DNA of 32,000 bases from contig JAIRQE010000021.1 of assembly GCA_031256725.1 (NCBI GenBank), positions 150,001 through 182,000 of the forward strand, in the 5' to 3' direction. This document shows positions 16,265 to 24,545 of the stretch, in pieces (the first letter of the stretch is position 1; every line of letters starts with the position of its first letter). A program made the translations under genes and the position numbers. This DNA is from Propionibacteriaceae bacterium (GTDB lineage Bacteria > Actinomycetota > Actinomycetes > Propionibacteriales > Propionibacteriaceae). Under the pieces are notes generated by a model that did no database searches, was not told the origin of the DNA, and worked only from the letters and a program-made list of their open reading frames with translations.

Positions 16265-17341
16265 AATCTCCAGGCTCACAAGGGCAATAAAGCCTCCCCG
16301 TCTGAAATCGTTGACAGCTCGGGGAAGATCCGGCTTGGCGAACTGTGCAATCAGGAGGAAGACCGGGAACCACAAGAGGAATGAGCGTGTCATCGAAATG
16401 AACCATGCCTGGCAGGACAGGGCAAGCCATTGCACACCGACCCATCCACCTTCCGCGATCCATCGACGAGAGAAACAGGCGACCACAACGATGAGACCCA
16501 CAAGGAAGACAGCGAACTCCCAGCGAAAGATCACTCCTGATACATGCATCTTGGAGCCTATGATCCCGGCCGCTTTCAGAGTCACTATCAGCCCATTCCA
16601 CGGCCAGTCGAAATGCCGCCCCCAGCCTTCACCTTGGGCCTGGAACCAGGCCATCCAGGAACCAAACCGCACTCGAAGATAGAAGGAGTACAACCCAAGC
16701 ACGGCCATGGGAATCCCAAGCCAGGCGACCCGCGTCATACGGCGTTTCCAGGTGGATCCCGAAAACCCGAACAGGGCTATGAGGCCGAGGGCTCCGATAA
16801 GGAAGAGCCCCGAGATCCGAAATAGGCAGGAGGCACCAGCGAGTACCCCTGCCCATCCCCACTGGTCGCGTTTGGCGTACCAGAAACTCCACAAGGCAAA
16901 GGCCAAGAAGACAGACTCGGTGTAGGGAACGAAGGTGAACACTGCCATGGGCGCGAAGGACCAAGCAAGTACGGCGACTGCCCCTGGTACCCCTCCTCCC
17001 GCAAGTCTGTAAAGAGCCCAGGCGGCCATGGCTGAACCCACGAGGGATACGATAATCCCAGTAAGAAATGCTGGGATACCAATGAGGGCAAACAGGGCCA
17101 TAATCCCAGGCAAACCGGGGAAGAAGGCAGCCTCCGTGGCCTGGGTGTACCCGTGTGTGGATAGGTGAATGAAATGGGCGGCATCCCATCGTGAGAAGGG
17201 TTCGTTAATTGACCAGCCACGCTGGTACACAAGAACTAGGACGGTGATAAGCAGAACCAAGCGCGAAGCCAACCACCCTTGTACAGCGAATCGTGGGGCC
17301 TGATGGGAGGGAAATAGTCCCACTCCACTTTTGGTGGTCAC
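16211..17341 (-). CDS. PIG-V-like (GT-C) mannosyltransferase family membrane protein
   Basis: 376 aa from a GTG start that overlaps the upstream stop (GTGA). It is polytopic. The N-terminal motif WDAAHFIHLSTHGYTQATEAAFFPGLP matches the PIG-V / mannosyltransferase family signature (WDaxhyl.iA..GY....aFfPlyP). Confidence 0.75.
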   Translation of the reverse strand: MTTKSGVGLFPSHQAPRFAVQGWLASRLVLLITVLVLVYQRGWSINEPFSRWDAAHFIHLSTHGYTQATEAAFFPGLPGIMALFALIGIPAFLTGIIVSLVGSAMAAWALYRLAGGGVPGAVAVLAWSFAPMAVFTFVPYTESVFLAFALWSFWYAKRDQWGWAGVLAGASCLFRISGLFLIGALGLIALFGFSGSTWKRRMTRVAWLGIPMAVLGLYSFYLRVRFGSWMAWFQAQGEGWGRHFDWPWNGLIVTLKAAGIIGSKMHVSGVIFRWEFAVFLVGLIVVVACFSRRWIAEGGWVGVQWLALSCQAWFISMTRSFLLWFPVFLLIAQFAKPDLPRAVNDFRRGGFIALVSLEISTMIWWAHRYYVGAWAG

Positions 17342-18711
17342 GAGGTTAGTTCTTCCTTGGCTGTGAGAACATCACGTACGACATGGTTCATGACCCATAT
17401 CGTGGCTGTGATCCTCAACAGGATTGAGAAGATATAAACCCAGGGGACATCAGAGATTCCCAGAGTAAGGTCGTTTCGGCGCAGATAAAGCCAGATGAAA
17501 CAGAAATAGAAAAGCTCGGATACGGTGAAGACCCACAGGTCGCGCCAGTGGGGTCGAACCAGGACAATCAGGGGGAGGACCCACAAGACATACTGCGGGG
17601 AATAGACAAGGTTGCCAAGGACAAAGATCGCAACAGCCAGGTAGGCGATCTGCTGAGCTGAAGGAGCCTTACGAGCAAAGAAAATCAGGGCTGCTAAACC
17701 AAGGTAGCCGAGGATCATGATGAGTCGCGACCATAGAGCAGGGTTATCAACTCCGAGTCCAGCCAGATCCAAGGCGAACCACAAGGATCCAAGGTCTGCC
17801 CCACGATCCTGGTAGTTGAAGGTGTAGAAATAGCTCCAACCCCCCGGATGGGTCGTCATCAGGGGAAGGTTGACGATCAACCAGGTTGCTACAGAGCTAC
17901 AGGCCATGAGCAGCCACGCATGTACCACGGGGGTCTTCACAGCTCCTTTGCGTAGACACAGAACAAACAGAGCACCAATGATGACGATGGGATAGAGTTT
18001 GGCCGCCACAGCGAGTCCCCACCAAAAACCCGCCCAGATGGGTTTCTTGTCAAGCCATGAGGCAAGCCCAGCGGCAGTCAAAGAAATAACCAAAAGATCC
18101 CAGTTGATCAACCCTGTTGTCATCAGAGCCGGCGAGATCGCCATGAGCATAGCGATTCCTGGCTGCTTGGGCGCAATGAGAAGGGTGGAGGAGACCAGCC
18201 ACAGCAAGCAGATGAAGAGCAGTACAGAGGTCACCGAGAAGTAGATATCTGCGTTGAGTACCTGTTGCTGGGAGTTGATATCCTCAGCGAAACTTGCTCC
18301 CGAAAGGGATGAGATCCACTGAGAGATCGTAGCTAAATAGCCAGTGAGAACCGGATACTCCCAAGCAACATCGATATAGGGGAGTCCACCTGTAGCCTGT
18401 CCGCGGCTGAAATACAAGGCGGTGATGTCTGTGTAGCACATCCACTTGAATCGGTCGGGACCCTGTCCAGAAAGGGTTTCATGGCAGGGGATCTGGCGGA
18501 GCATACAGATCGCCCACGACAGGGTTGCCAGCAGATAGGCCCATGCGGGACTCCATCCGCGTTTGTGTTGACCCATGGGGCCGCCGATTCGCCTGGTCAG
18601 CATGGGAAGCAGACGGTTGATCCAGAGTTTGTGAAGCAGGTCAGTTTCTGGGATCTGAGTGGCATGAGTACGAACTGGTGACACCTCAGTCATCGACGAA
18701 ATTCTAGCCAT
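17338..18711 (-). CDS. GT87/DUF2029-like polyprenol-phosphate-sugar-dependent glycosyltransferase (GT-C)
   Basis: I place the start at ATG 18711, which overlaps the upstream stop (ATGGCTAG), rather than track start 18825. It is polytopic. The loop motif CYTDITALYFSRG...LPYIDVAWEYPVLTGYL is typical of GT87 mannosyltransferases. Confidence 0.75.
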   Translation of the reverse strand: MARISSMTEVSPVRTHATQIPETDLLHKLWINRLLPMLTRRIGGPMGQHKRGWSPAWAYLLATLSWAICMLRQIPCHETLSGQGPDRFKWMCYTDITALYFSRGQATGGLPYIDVAWEYPVLTGYLATISQWISSLSGASFAEDINSQQQVLNADIYFSVTSVLLFICLLWLVSSTLLIAPKQPGIAMLMAISPALMTTGLINWDLLVISLTAAGLASWLDKKPIWAGFWWGLAVAAKLYPIVIIGALFVLCLRKGAVKTPVVHAWLLMACSSVATWLIVNLPLMTTHPGGWSYFYTFNYQDRGADLGSLWFALDLAGLGVDNPALWSRLIMILGYLGLAALIFFARKAPSAQQIAYLAVAIFVLGNLVYSPQYVLWVLPLIVLVRPHWRDLWVFTVSELFYFCFIWLYLRRNDLTLGISDVPWVYIFSILLRITATIWVMNHVVRDVLTAKEELTS

Positions 18712-19123
18712 AGATGTCCTCAACTGTTGAGGCGCGTTTAGGGGGTTTGCGTACTGTCCCATCGCCAAGAAGATAGGATTCGATGACATGGTTCCATCCG
18801 CATTCGGAACACACCTCGACCACATAGACGGTGAACTCGCCGTACTCGTTCTCCATCTGTTCTAGTTCCTCGTCCGATTTGATGCGACCAGAGTACTGCC
18901 CAAGTTGATCCCCGAAGGTGTAGTTCAGGCGAAGTAGTTGACGGCAATTGTTGACGGGGCAGCGAATCTCACTGAGTTCACCGTGGTGAAGAGCGGCTCT
19001 GATCAGCATCGGGTCGGCGTCCAGGGCATCATGACTGACCATGGTACGCAAGGCACCTTGGAGTTCAGCTAATGTACGACGACGCTGAAGACTGTAGTCA
19101 ACGCTCTTCCTCTTTGACCACAT
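18704..19123 (-). CDS. Conserved actinobacterial Zn-ribbon protein (DUF5318-like)
   Basis: 139 aa lying 15 nt downstream of crgA. It has the Cys pairs CPVNNC and CSECGWNH. The N-terminal VDYSLQRRRTLAEL resembles my memory of DUF5318, so the family name is tentative. Confidence 0.6.
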   Translation of the reverse strand: MWSKRKSVDYSLQRRRTLAELQGALRTMVSHDALDADPMLIRAALHHGELSEIRCPVNNCRQLLRLNYTFGDQLGQYSGRIKSDEELEQMENEYGEFTVYVVEVCSECGWNHVIESYLLGDGTVRKPPKRASTVEDIYG

Positions 19124-19138
19124 TGATCGAGTTGCAGC

Positions 19139-19426
19139 CTATTTCCACAAAGTCATCAAAACGAAGGACAGGGCGATCAGGATCATTCCGATCAGAATAT
19201 TCCACTGGCCGAGTGCCACCATGAAGGGGATGGAAGCCACCGCAACATTCGCGACAACGATCCAGGCTACGCCAAGCAGGAGACAGGTGATGAACAATGG
19301 GGGTACCCAACGGCGTTCTCCTGGGCGCCCTACACGCTCCTTCTCACGCTGGACATCAGCGACCTGTTCGTGTCGACGTAGCTTCTTCTTCTGAGCTGCC
19401 TCAGGACGAACTCTTGATTCGGGCAC
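19139..19426 (-). CDS. crgA: Cell division protein CrgA
   Basis: 95 aa with a basic N-terminus and two TM helices (RWVPPLFITCLLLGVAWIVV and WNILIGMILIALSFVLMTLWK). It occupies the conserved position next to pknB. Confidence 0.9.
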   Translation of the reverse strand: MPESRVRPEAAQKKKLRRHEQVADVQREKERVGRPGERRWVPPLFITCLLLGVAWIVVANVAVASIPFMVALGQWNILIGMILIALSFVLMTLWK

Positions 19427-19519
19427 CAGCTCACCACCTTTCTCACATTAGTACCTGATAAGGATACGCGTTTCTACAAGTTTTTCCTACACCAACCCCA
19501 GTTCGGGATGAGGTACACC

Positions 19520-21304
19520 TTATCCTCCACCTGTGGGTGTCTCTGTTGGGGGAGTCTCCGACTGCGGGGGAAGGTCTGGTTCGGGAAGTTTAGCGAGAAC
19601 CACGGTGATCCGAGTATCCCTGGATGCAGTAGCTCCCTTTTCTGGACTCGTTGCAATCACAGTATCACGAGTGTGTGCAGACTCTTCGGAGACAAAAGTA
19701 ATATTGCTGGGCGAGAATCCCTGCTGAACGAGCCTCGCGAAAGCAGCATCCCGACTCAAACCAAACAGATCAGGCATCCTGATCGTTCCAGTTGCTTGGT
19801 AGAGAATGATTCTTTGATCCTTGGTGGCCGTGCCACCAGCTGCTGGTTCCGTATTGAGGATCGTCCCCACAACAGCGTCTGGTCCCTCAGAGGGAGCATC
19901 CATGACTTCGACATTGGTGAAGATTTTGCTCATCTCCTCCAATGCCTCATCAACAGTCTTACCTCTGACATCGGGTATCTTGAAGGTTTCGGGGCCCCGA
20001 TTGATCCTGATGCGTACGGTCGAACCAGGCACGACCGATGATCCTTCCGTCGGATACTGTTCAAGAACTTCGCCGATAGTCCCATCATCCGGGCCGAAGA
20101 CATCCTCACTGAGTACTTCCAAGCCTCGAGATTTCAGCGTGTCGATGGCACCCTGCTCATTCATTGTGATCACCCGAGGTACGGCGATAAGCCCTGTGGA
20201 AGCATCACTGGGTGGTGGCTGAGACTCACCCCTGTTCAAAGCCCACACAAGGCCCACAGCGGCTAGAGCAATCACCAACATCACCCCAAGGACGATGGCG
20301 ATGATTCGACCCAGATGGTTGGGTTCCTCTTCATCCGCATCCAAGGCTCGTGGAGGTCGGCCCGTACTTGAACCGGAAGGCATAACCTGGGTGGCATCCT
20401 CCATACCGAGTACCTGTGTGGGGGTGTCCTCTACGGATGGGGGGACCACCGCTTGTACCTTTTCTCCCGCGAGCAGACGTGCAATGTCCTCAAACATCTC
20501 ATGCGCGGTCTGGTAGCGGTCGGCAGGATTCTTTGCCAGAGCCTTCAAAACAACCTTGTCCATCTGGGTGGAGACCATGGGGTCAACCTCAGAGGGAGGT
20601 ACAGGGGTGGCCCGGACATGCTGATAGGCCAAGGAAACTGGGGAATCGCCCTCGAATGGGGGCCTGCCGGTCAACAGTTCGTAAAGCAAGCAGCCTGTGG
20701 AGTACAAATCCGAGCGACGGTCAACGGTTTCACCACGGATCTGCTCAGGAGAAAGATACTGGGGGGTGCCGATCACCGAGGCAGTCTGGGTCATTGAGGC
20801 TGCAGTATCAGAGACTGCACGGGCAATCCCGAAATCCATGACCTTGACCTGGCCAGTATTGGTGAGCATTATATTCGCAGGTTTGATGTCACGGTGGACG
20901 ATCCCATGGCGGTGGGAATAATCAAGGGCATCAAGGACACACTGTGTCAGTTCGAGTGCTTTGAGGGGCTGAATCTTGCGACCGTCGTGAAGGATCTCTC
21001 GCAGAGTGTGACCAACGACCAACTCCATGACGATATAGGGGATCATGAGCCCACTGGCCTCATCGAAGGACTCACCAGTGTCGTACACCGAGACGATATT
21101 GGGATGGTTGAGTCCAGCAGCTGAGTGGGCCTCGCGACGGAATCTTTCCTGGAAGACAGGGTCTCCGGCGAGGTCAGGCTTCAGGCGCTTTATCGCCACG
21201 TCACGCTCTAGTCGGGTGTCGCGGGCTCGGCGTACATCCGCCATCCCCCCTCGTCCGAGTGGAGGTCCTATGACGTATCGATCGCCTACCATGTTGTCGG
21301 TCAT
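19520..21304 (-). CDS. pknB: Ser/Thr protein kinase PknB with three extracellular PASTA domains
   Basis: The start is ATG 21304 (SD GAGGAAAGGA), and the track extension to 21352 is unlikely. Kinase motifs are GRGGMADV, VAIKRL, HRDIKPANIM, DFGIAR and GTPQYLSPEQ. One TM follows, then three PASTA repeats beginning IAVPRV, FKIPDV and IRMPDL. Confidence 0.95.
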   Translation of the reverse strand: MTDNMVGDRYVIGPPLGRGGMADVRRARDTRLERDVAIKRLKPDLAGDPVFQERFRREAHSAAGLNHPNIVSVYDTGESFDEASGLMIPYIVMELVVGHTLREILHDGRKIQPLKALELTQCVLDALDYSHRHGIVHRDIKPANIMLTNTGQVKVMDFGIARAVSDTAASMTQTASVIGTPQYLSPEQIRGETVDRRSDLYSTGCLLYELLTGRPPFEGDSPVSLAYQHVRATPVPPSEVDPMVSTQMDKVVLKALAKNPADRYQTAHEMFEDIARLLAGEKVQAVVPPSVEDTPTQVLGMEDATQVMPSGSSTGRPPRALDADEEEPNHLGRIIAIVLGVMLVIALAAVGLVWALNRGESQPPPSDASTGLIAVPRVITMNEQGAIDTLKSRGLEVLSEDVFGPDDGTIGEVLEQYPTEGSSVVPGSTVRIRINRGPETFKIPDVRGKTVDEALEEMSKIFTNVEVMDAPSEGPDAVVGTILNTEPAAGGTATKDQRIILYQATGTIRMPDLFGLSRDAAFARLVQQGFSPSNITFVSEESAHTRDTVIATSPEKGATASRDTRITVVLAKLPEPDLPPQSETPPTETPTGGG

Positions 21305-21443
21305 ACCCGTCCTTTCCTCATGGTGAGGGTGCTCGTGTTCCAGCATAACCACCCCAGTGACCGCGCGCGACCGCGAACAGCGTGTGGTACCTCACCTCTA
21401 TTCTGGCGCGGTTTACTGAGAGGAAGCTGAAAACCTGATGAAC

Positions 21444-22874
21444 TCATCGTGTTGCCTGAATAACTTTCTTGGCAACTGGGGCAGCATCTCCACCGCCCCA
21501 GAGATCTGCGGGCGTTTGATCGGATCTTTGAAGGAAGACGACAACCACCACGTCTGGGTCGAGTGCGAAACTGACAAACCACGCGTAATTAGGGCTTGAT
21601 GGGTCGGACTGGGCTGTACCCGTCTTTCCACCAATCGTAACCCCAGGAATCTTGGCTCCACGGCCTGTACCATTCTCAACAACTGAGATCATCATCTCTT
21701 TCATTGATTGAGCTGTGGATGGTGACACAACTGTGGAGGTACGAGTTTCATGACGACTGAGTACGGCCAAATCAGGTGTGAGTACCTCCTGAACGAGGTA
21801 GGGATCGGGCATCTCTCCACCGTTCACAAAGGAGGAGGCCACCATGGCCATCTGTAGGGGAGAGGCTGCGACGTCGTACTGACCAATGGAACTCATCATC
21901 AACTGGGCCCCATCAAGTTCATCTGGGAAGCGGCTCACGGCAGCACCGAGGGCTGGGAGATGTTCGGAACCGAAACCGAACCTCTGAGCCTGGGAACGCA
22001 AGGTATCAGCACCCAAGGTGTGACCCAGGTTCGCGAACGAGGTATTGCACGATAATTGCATGGCCATGGCAAGGGAAACCTGGGTTGATCCACAGTCACT
22101 CGAATTGGCTAGGTAGATCTCTGTTCCTGGAAGTTGTACTTCTTTAGGAGTGTCGATCATCGTATCTGGGGTGTACCCTCGCTCCAGGGCGGAGGCAGCA
22201 ACAATGAGTTTGAATGTCGATCCTGGAGGATAGATCTCTCGGGTACCACGATCCAGCATGGGGCCAGCAGGATCAGCAATCAGAGCATCCCAGGATTCCC
22301 TCGCGGCGCCGTAATCATGGGTAGCAAGTACTCCAGGATCATAACTGGGAGTGGACACTAGTGCTTGGATGGCTCCCGTATGGGGATCCATCACAACTAC
22401 GGCACCAGAATACCCTTGAAGAGCATTCCAGGCAGCCTCTTGATAGATGGGGTTGATGGTGGTCACCACTGAAGCACCCTGGGGGCTCGTATTTGTGAGA
22501 GTGTCGATAATCCTCTGTAACCACTGGGAGGCGCTGGTCCCTACGAGATAGGAGTTGAATGAGTTCTCCACCCGAGAGGACCCAAACAAATAGGAATAGA
22601 ACCCTGTGATGGGTGCATAGAGCGGACCATTGGGGTACATCCTCTGGTAACTAAAGATGGAGCCGTCGTTGGACAGTACAGACTCGGCAATGACAGTGTT
22701 CCCAGCATAGATTGATCCACGATGGATGTTGAACTCTGCTTCCCGGGCGCGGACGTTGTACTCGTTGGCTTGAAGGGGTTCCTCGCGGAAGAGGTTCATA
22801 TAGGTCAGATTCCCGAAAAGGGCAAGGACCATGAGGGCGGAAACGAGGCCTACAAGTCGTATCTGGCGATTCAC
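21444..22874 (-). CDS. pbpA: Penicillin-binding protein A (class B transpeptidase)
   Basis: 476 aa from a GTG start overlapping the rodA stop (GTGA). It has an N-terminal anchor, SxxK (STFK), SxN (SCN) and KTG (KTGTA). Confidence 0.93.
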   Translation of the reverse strand: MNRQIRLVGLVSALMVLALFGNLTYMNLFREEPLQANEYNVRAREAEFNIHRGSIYAGNTVIAESVLSNDGSIFSYQRMYPNGPLYAPITGFYSYLFGSSRVENSFNSYLVGTSASQWLQRIIDTLTNTSPQGASVVTTINPIYQEAAWNALQGYSGAVVVMDPHTGAIQALVSTPSYDPGVLATHDYGAARESWDALIADPAGPMLDRGTREIYPPGSTFKLIVAASALERGYTPDTMIDTPKEVQLPGTEIYLANSSDCGSTQVSLAMAMQLSCNTSFANLGHTLGADTLRSQAQRFGFGSEHLPALGAAVSRFPDELDGAQLMMSSIGQYDVAASPLQMAMVASSFVNGGEMPDPYLVQEVLTPDLAVLSRHETRTSTVVSPSTAQSMKEMMISVVENGTGRGAKIPGVTIGGKTGTAQSDPSSPNYAWFVSFALDPDVVVVVFLQRSDQTPADLWGGGDAAPVAKKVIQATR

Positions 22875-24544
22875 TCTGTACCCTTTCCGAAGTAGTCATC
22901 ATCGTCATCCTCAAAGGATGTTGGTATCTGTGGAGCAGGCTTGGGCTCTTGGGGAACAAAGAGGCTCTCAGGAGCGAGTTCGTACCGAGTTCTGTTGGGA
23001 TAGAACTGCGCATCAAGGTTTGGTACAACCTCGGTCGTCTCCTCATTGGGTACCCCAGTATCATCCCCACCCGCAATCATGGGTTGCCCAGTGAGGGTGA
23101 GGCGTACCTGTTCAGCGTTGATTTCCTGGATCGGGTGAATCTCTCCGATACCGATCTGCGCGAGTTCACGGCTGGAGAAAACCTGAGTGGATTCCTCTCC
23201 CAAGGCAGTGATACCCCAAGCGCTCGCTTCACCGATCTGTGCGTGGGGACGTCGAGCCTGGTGGGACATAACCAGCAGTAGTGCGATGAGTATCCAGTTG
23301 GCGATCATCGATGACCCGCCCTGGGACAGGAAGGGAGTTGTGAGACCCGTGAGGGGCAGTAGGCGAGTCACGCCGCCAATGATGGAGAAAGTCTGGAGGA
23401 GGAAGGCGAAACTCAGACCAGCAGCAAAGAGTTTGGTGAAAGGATCAACGGTCACCAGGGAGGTTTTCAAACCCCGAAAGACCAGGATCCCGTAGAGAGC
23501 AACGATAGCCATGAGGCCCACGATCCCGATCTCTTCACCAATGGAGGCAGCAACCATATCCGAGTAGGCGAAGATGATGAGGTCCGGGCGTCCCATCCCC
23601 CACCCGGAACCAAGGAGTCCACCATGGGAGAATCCAAATTGGGCCTGAATGATCTGGGTGGCATCATTGGGATAATCGAAGGGACGTAGCCAGAAGTCGA
23701 TCCTGCGTTGTACATGGCTCGCGAATTTCACGACAGCCGCACCACCTGCAGCAAAGAGTACTAGGCCAAGGATGACCCAGGATCCTTTTCCAGTGGCCAC
23801 ATAGATCATCATGACGAATAGGCCGAAGAAGAGTAGGGAGGTACCGAGGTCATTTTGGAAGACCATGATCGCTAGGGACATCCCCCACATCACCATCACT
23901 GGTCCAAGGTCACGCATCCGAGGAAGATCAAGGCCCAGGATGCGATTGCCAGCCATCGATAATACTTCCCGTTTATCAGACAAATAGGCTGCGAAGGCGG
24001 CAGCAAGTACGATCTTCGCCACCTCTGCGGGCTGGAATGAGAACCCACCGATGCTGATCCAAATTCGTGAACCATAAGCAGAGGAACCCAATCCAGGAAT
24101 CAGAGGTAGGAGAAGCAAAACGAACCCTAGAGCTGACAGGATGAAGGGGTACCCTTTGAGTCGGCGGGGATCTTTGAGAAGGAAGATGATCACAAGCAGA
24201 CAGCCAACACCCACAGCAACGGCAAGGAACTGTGTGTAGAACATCGGGTCCTGGTTGCTTGTGAGGTCATAGCGATAGAGGAAGGCCAAGCCGATTCCAG
24301 TCAGGGTGAGTACAAGCGGGAGGATAATCGGGTCAGCATAGGGGATGGCGATCCGAGAGGCGGTAAACAACAGCAATCCCAATCCGAACCAGAAGCCACC
24401 TATGGCCAGCCATTTCTCTGGCATGGTATTAGTACGAAACAGGGTCGTCAGAATGAAACCAACAAAGCTGATGCCTTGCCCGAGGATGGTGAGAATTAAC
24501 TGTGCGATCCAGCGTTGCCTGTAGCCGCGAATCTCAGCATCCAT
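22871..24544 (-). CDS. rodA: SEDS family peptidoglycan polymerase RodA/FtsW with a long acidic C-terminal tail
   Basis: The start is ATG 24544, 1 nt after the pstP stop, and the track extension to 24661 overlaps pstP. SEDS motifs are FQPAEVAKI, DLGTSLLFF, GGLLGSGWGMG, SIGEEIGIVG and PFLSQGGSSM. A non-SEDS tail of about 125 aa ends in FEDDDDDYFGKGTE. Confidence 0.92.
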   Translation of the reverse strand: MDAEIRGYRQRWIAQLILTILGQGISFVGFILTTLFRTNTMPEKWLAIGGFWFGLGLLLFTASRIAIPYADPIILPLVLTLTGIGLAFLYRYDLTSNQDPMFYTQFLAVAVGVGCLLVIIFLLKDPRRLKGYPFILSALGFVLLLLPLIPGLGSSAYGSRIWISIGGFSFQPAEVAKIVLAAAFAAYLSDKREVLSMAGNRILGLDLPRMRDLGPVMVMWGMSLAIMVFQNDLGTSLLFFGLFVMMIYVATGKGSWVILGLVLFAAGGAAVVKFASHVQRRIDFWLRPFDYPNDATQIIQAQFGFSHGGLLGSGWGMGRPDLIIFAYSDMVAASIGEEIGIVGLMAIVALYGILVFRGLKTSLVTVDPFTKLFAAGLSFAFLLQTFSIIGGVTRLLPLTGLTTPFLSQGGSSMIANWILIALLLVMSHQARRPHAQIGEASAWGITALGEESTQVFSSRELAQIGIGEIHPIQEINAEQVRLTLTGQPMIAGGDDTGVPNEETTEVVPNLDAQFYPNRTRYELAPESLFVPQEPKPAPQIPTSFEDDDDDYFGKGTE

Positions 24545-24545
24545 A

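Noticed and set aside
16098-17232. Several 120-190-aa ORFs (16098-16601, 16629-17189, 16777-17232, 16311-16682) inside the PIG-V-like gene
   Set aside because: These are alternative-frame or antisense shadows with Pro/Arg/Gly-rich low-complexity translations. The 376-aa frame has the family motif and coherent TM helices.
17338-18825. Track-length versions of the GT87-like gene (to 18825), rodA (to 24661), pknB (to 21352) and iclR (to 30817)
   Set aside because: Each extension overlaps the upstream gene or lacks an SD. Internal starts (18711, 24544, 21304, 30790) give classic stop-start coupling or good SD spacing.
19508-20222. Plus-strand ORFs of 177 and 133 aa antisense to pknB
   Set aside because: These are shadow ORFs. 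The pknB frame carries complete kinase and PASTA motifs.
21305-21443. Possible pknA pseudogene remnant between pbpA and pknB
   Set aside because: The spacer is only 139 nt, and I saw no obvious kinase-like ORF in it and none is listed there in the ORF track.
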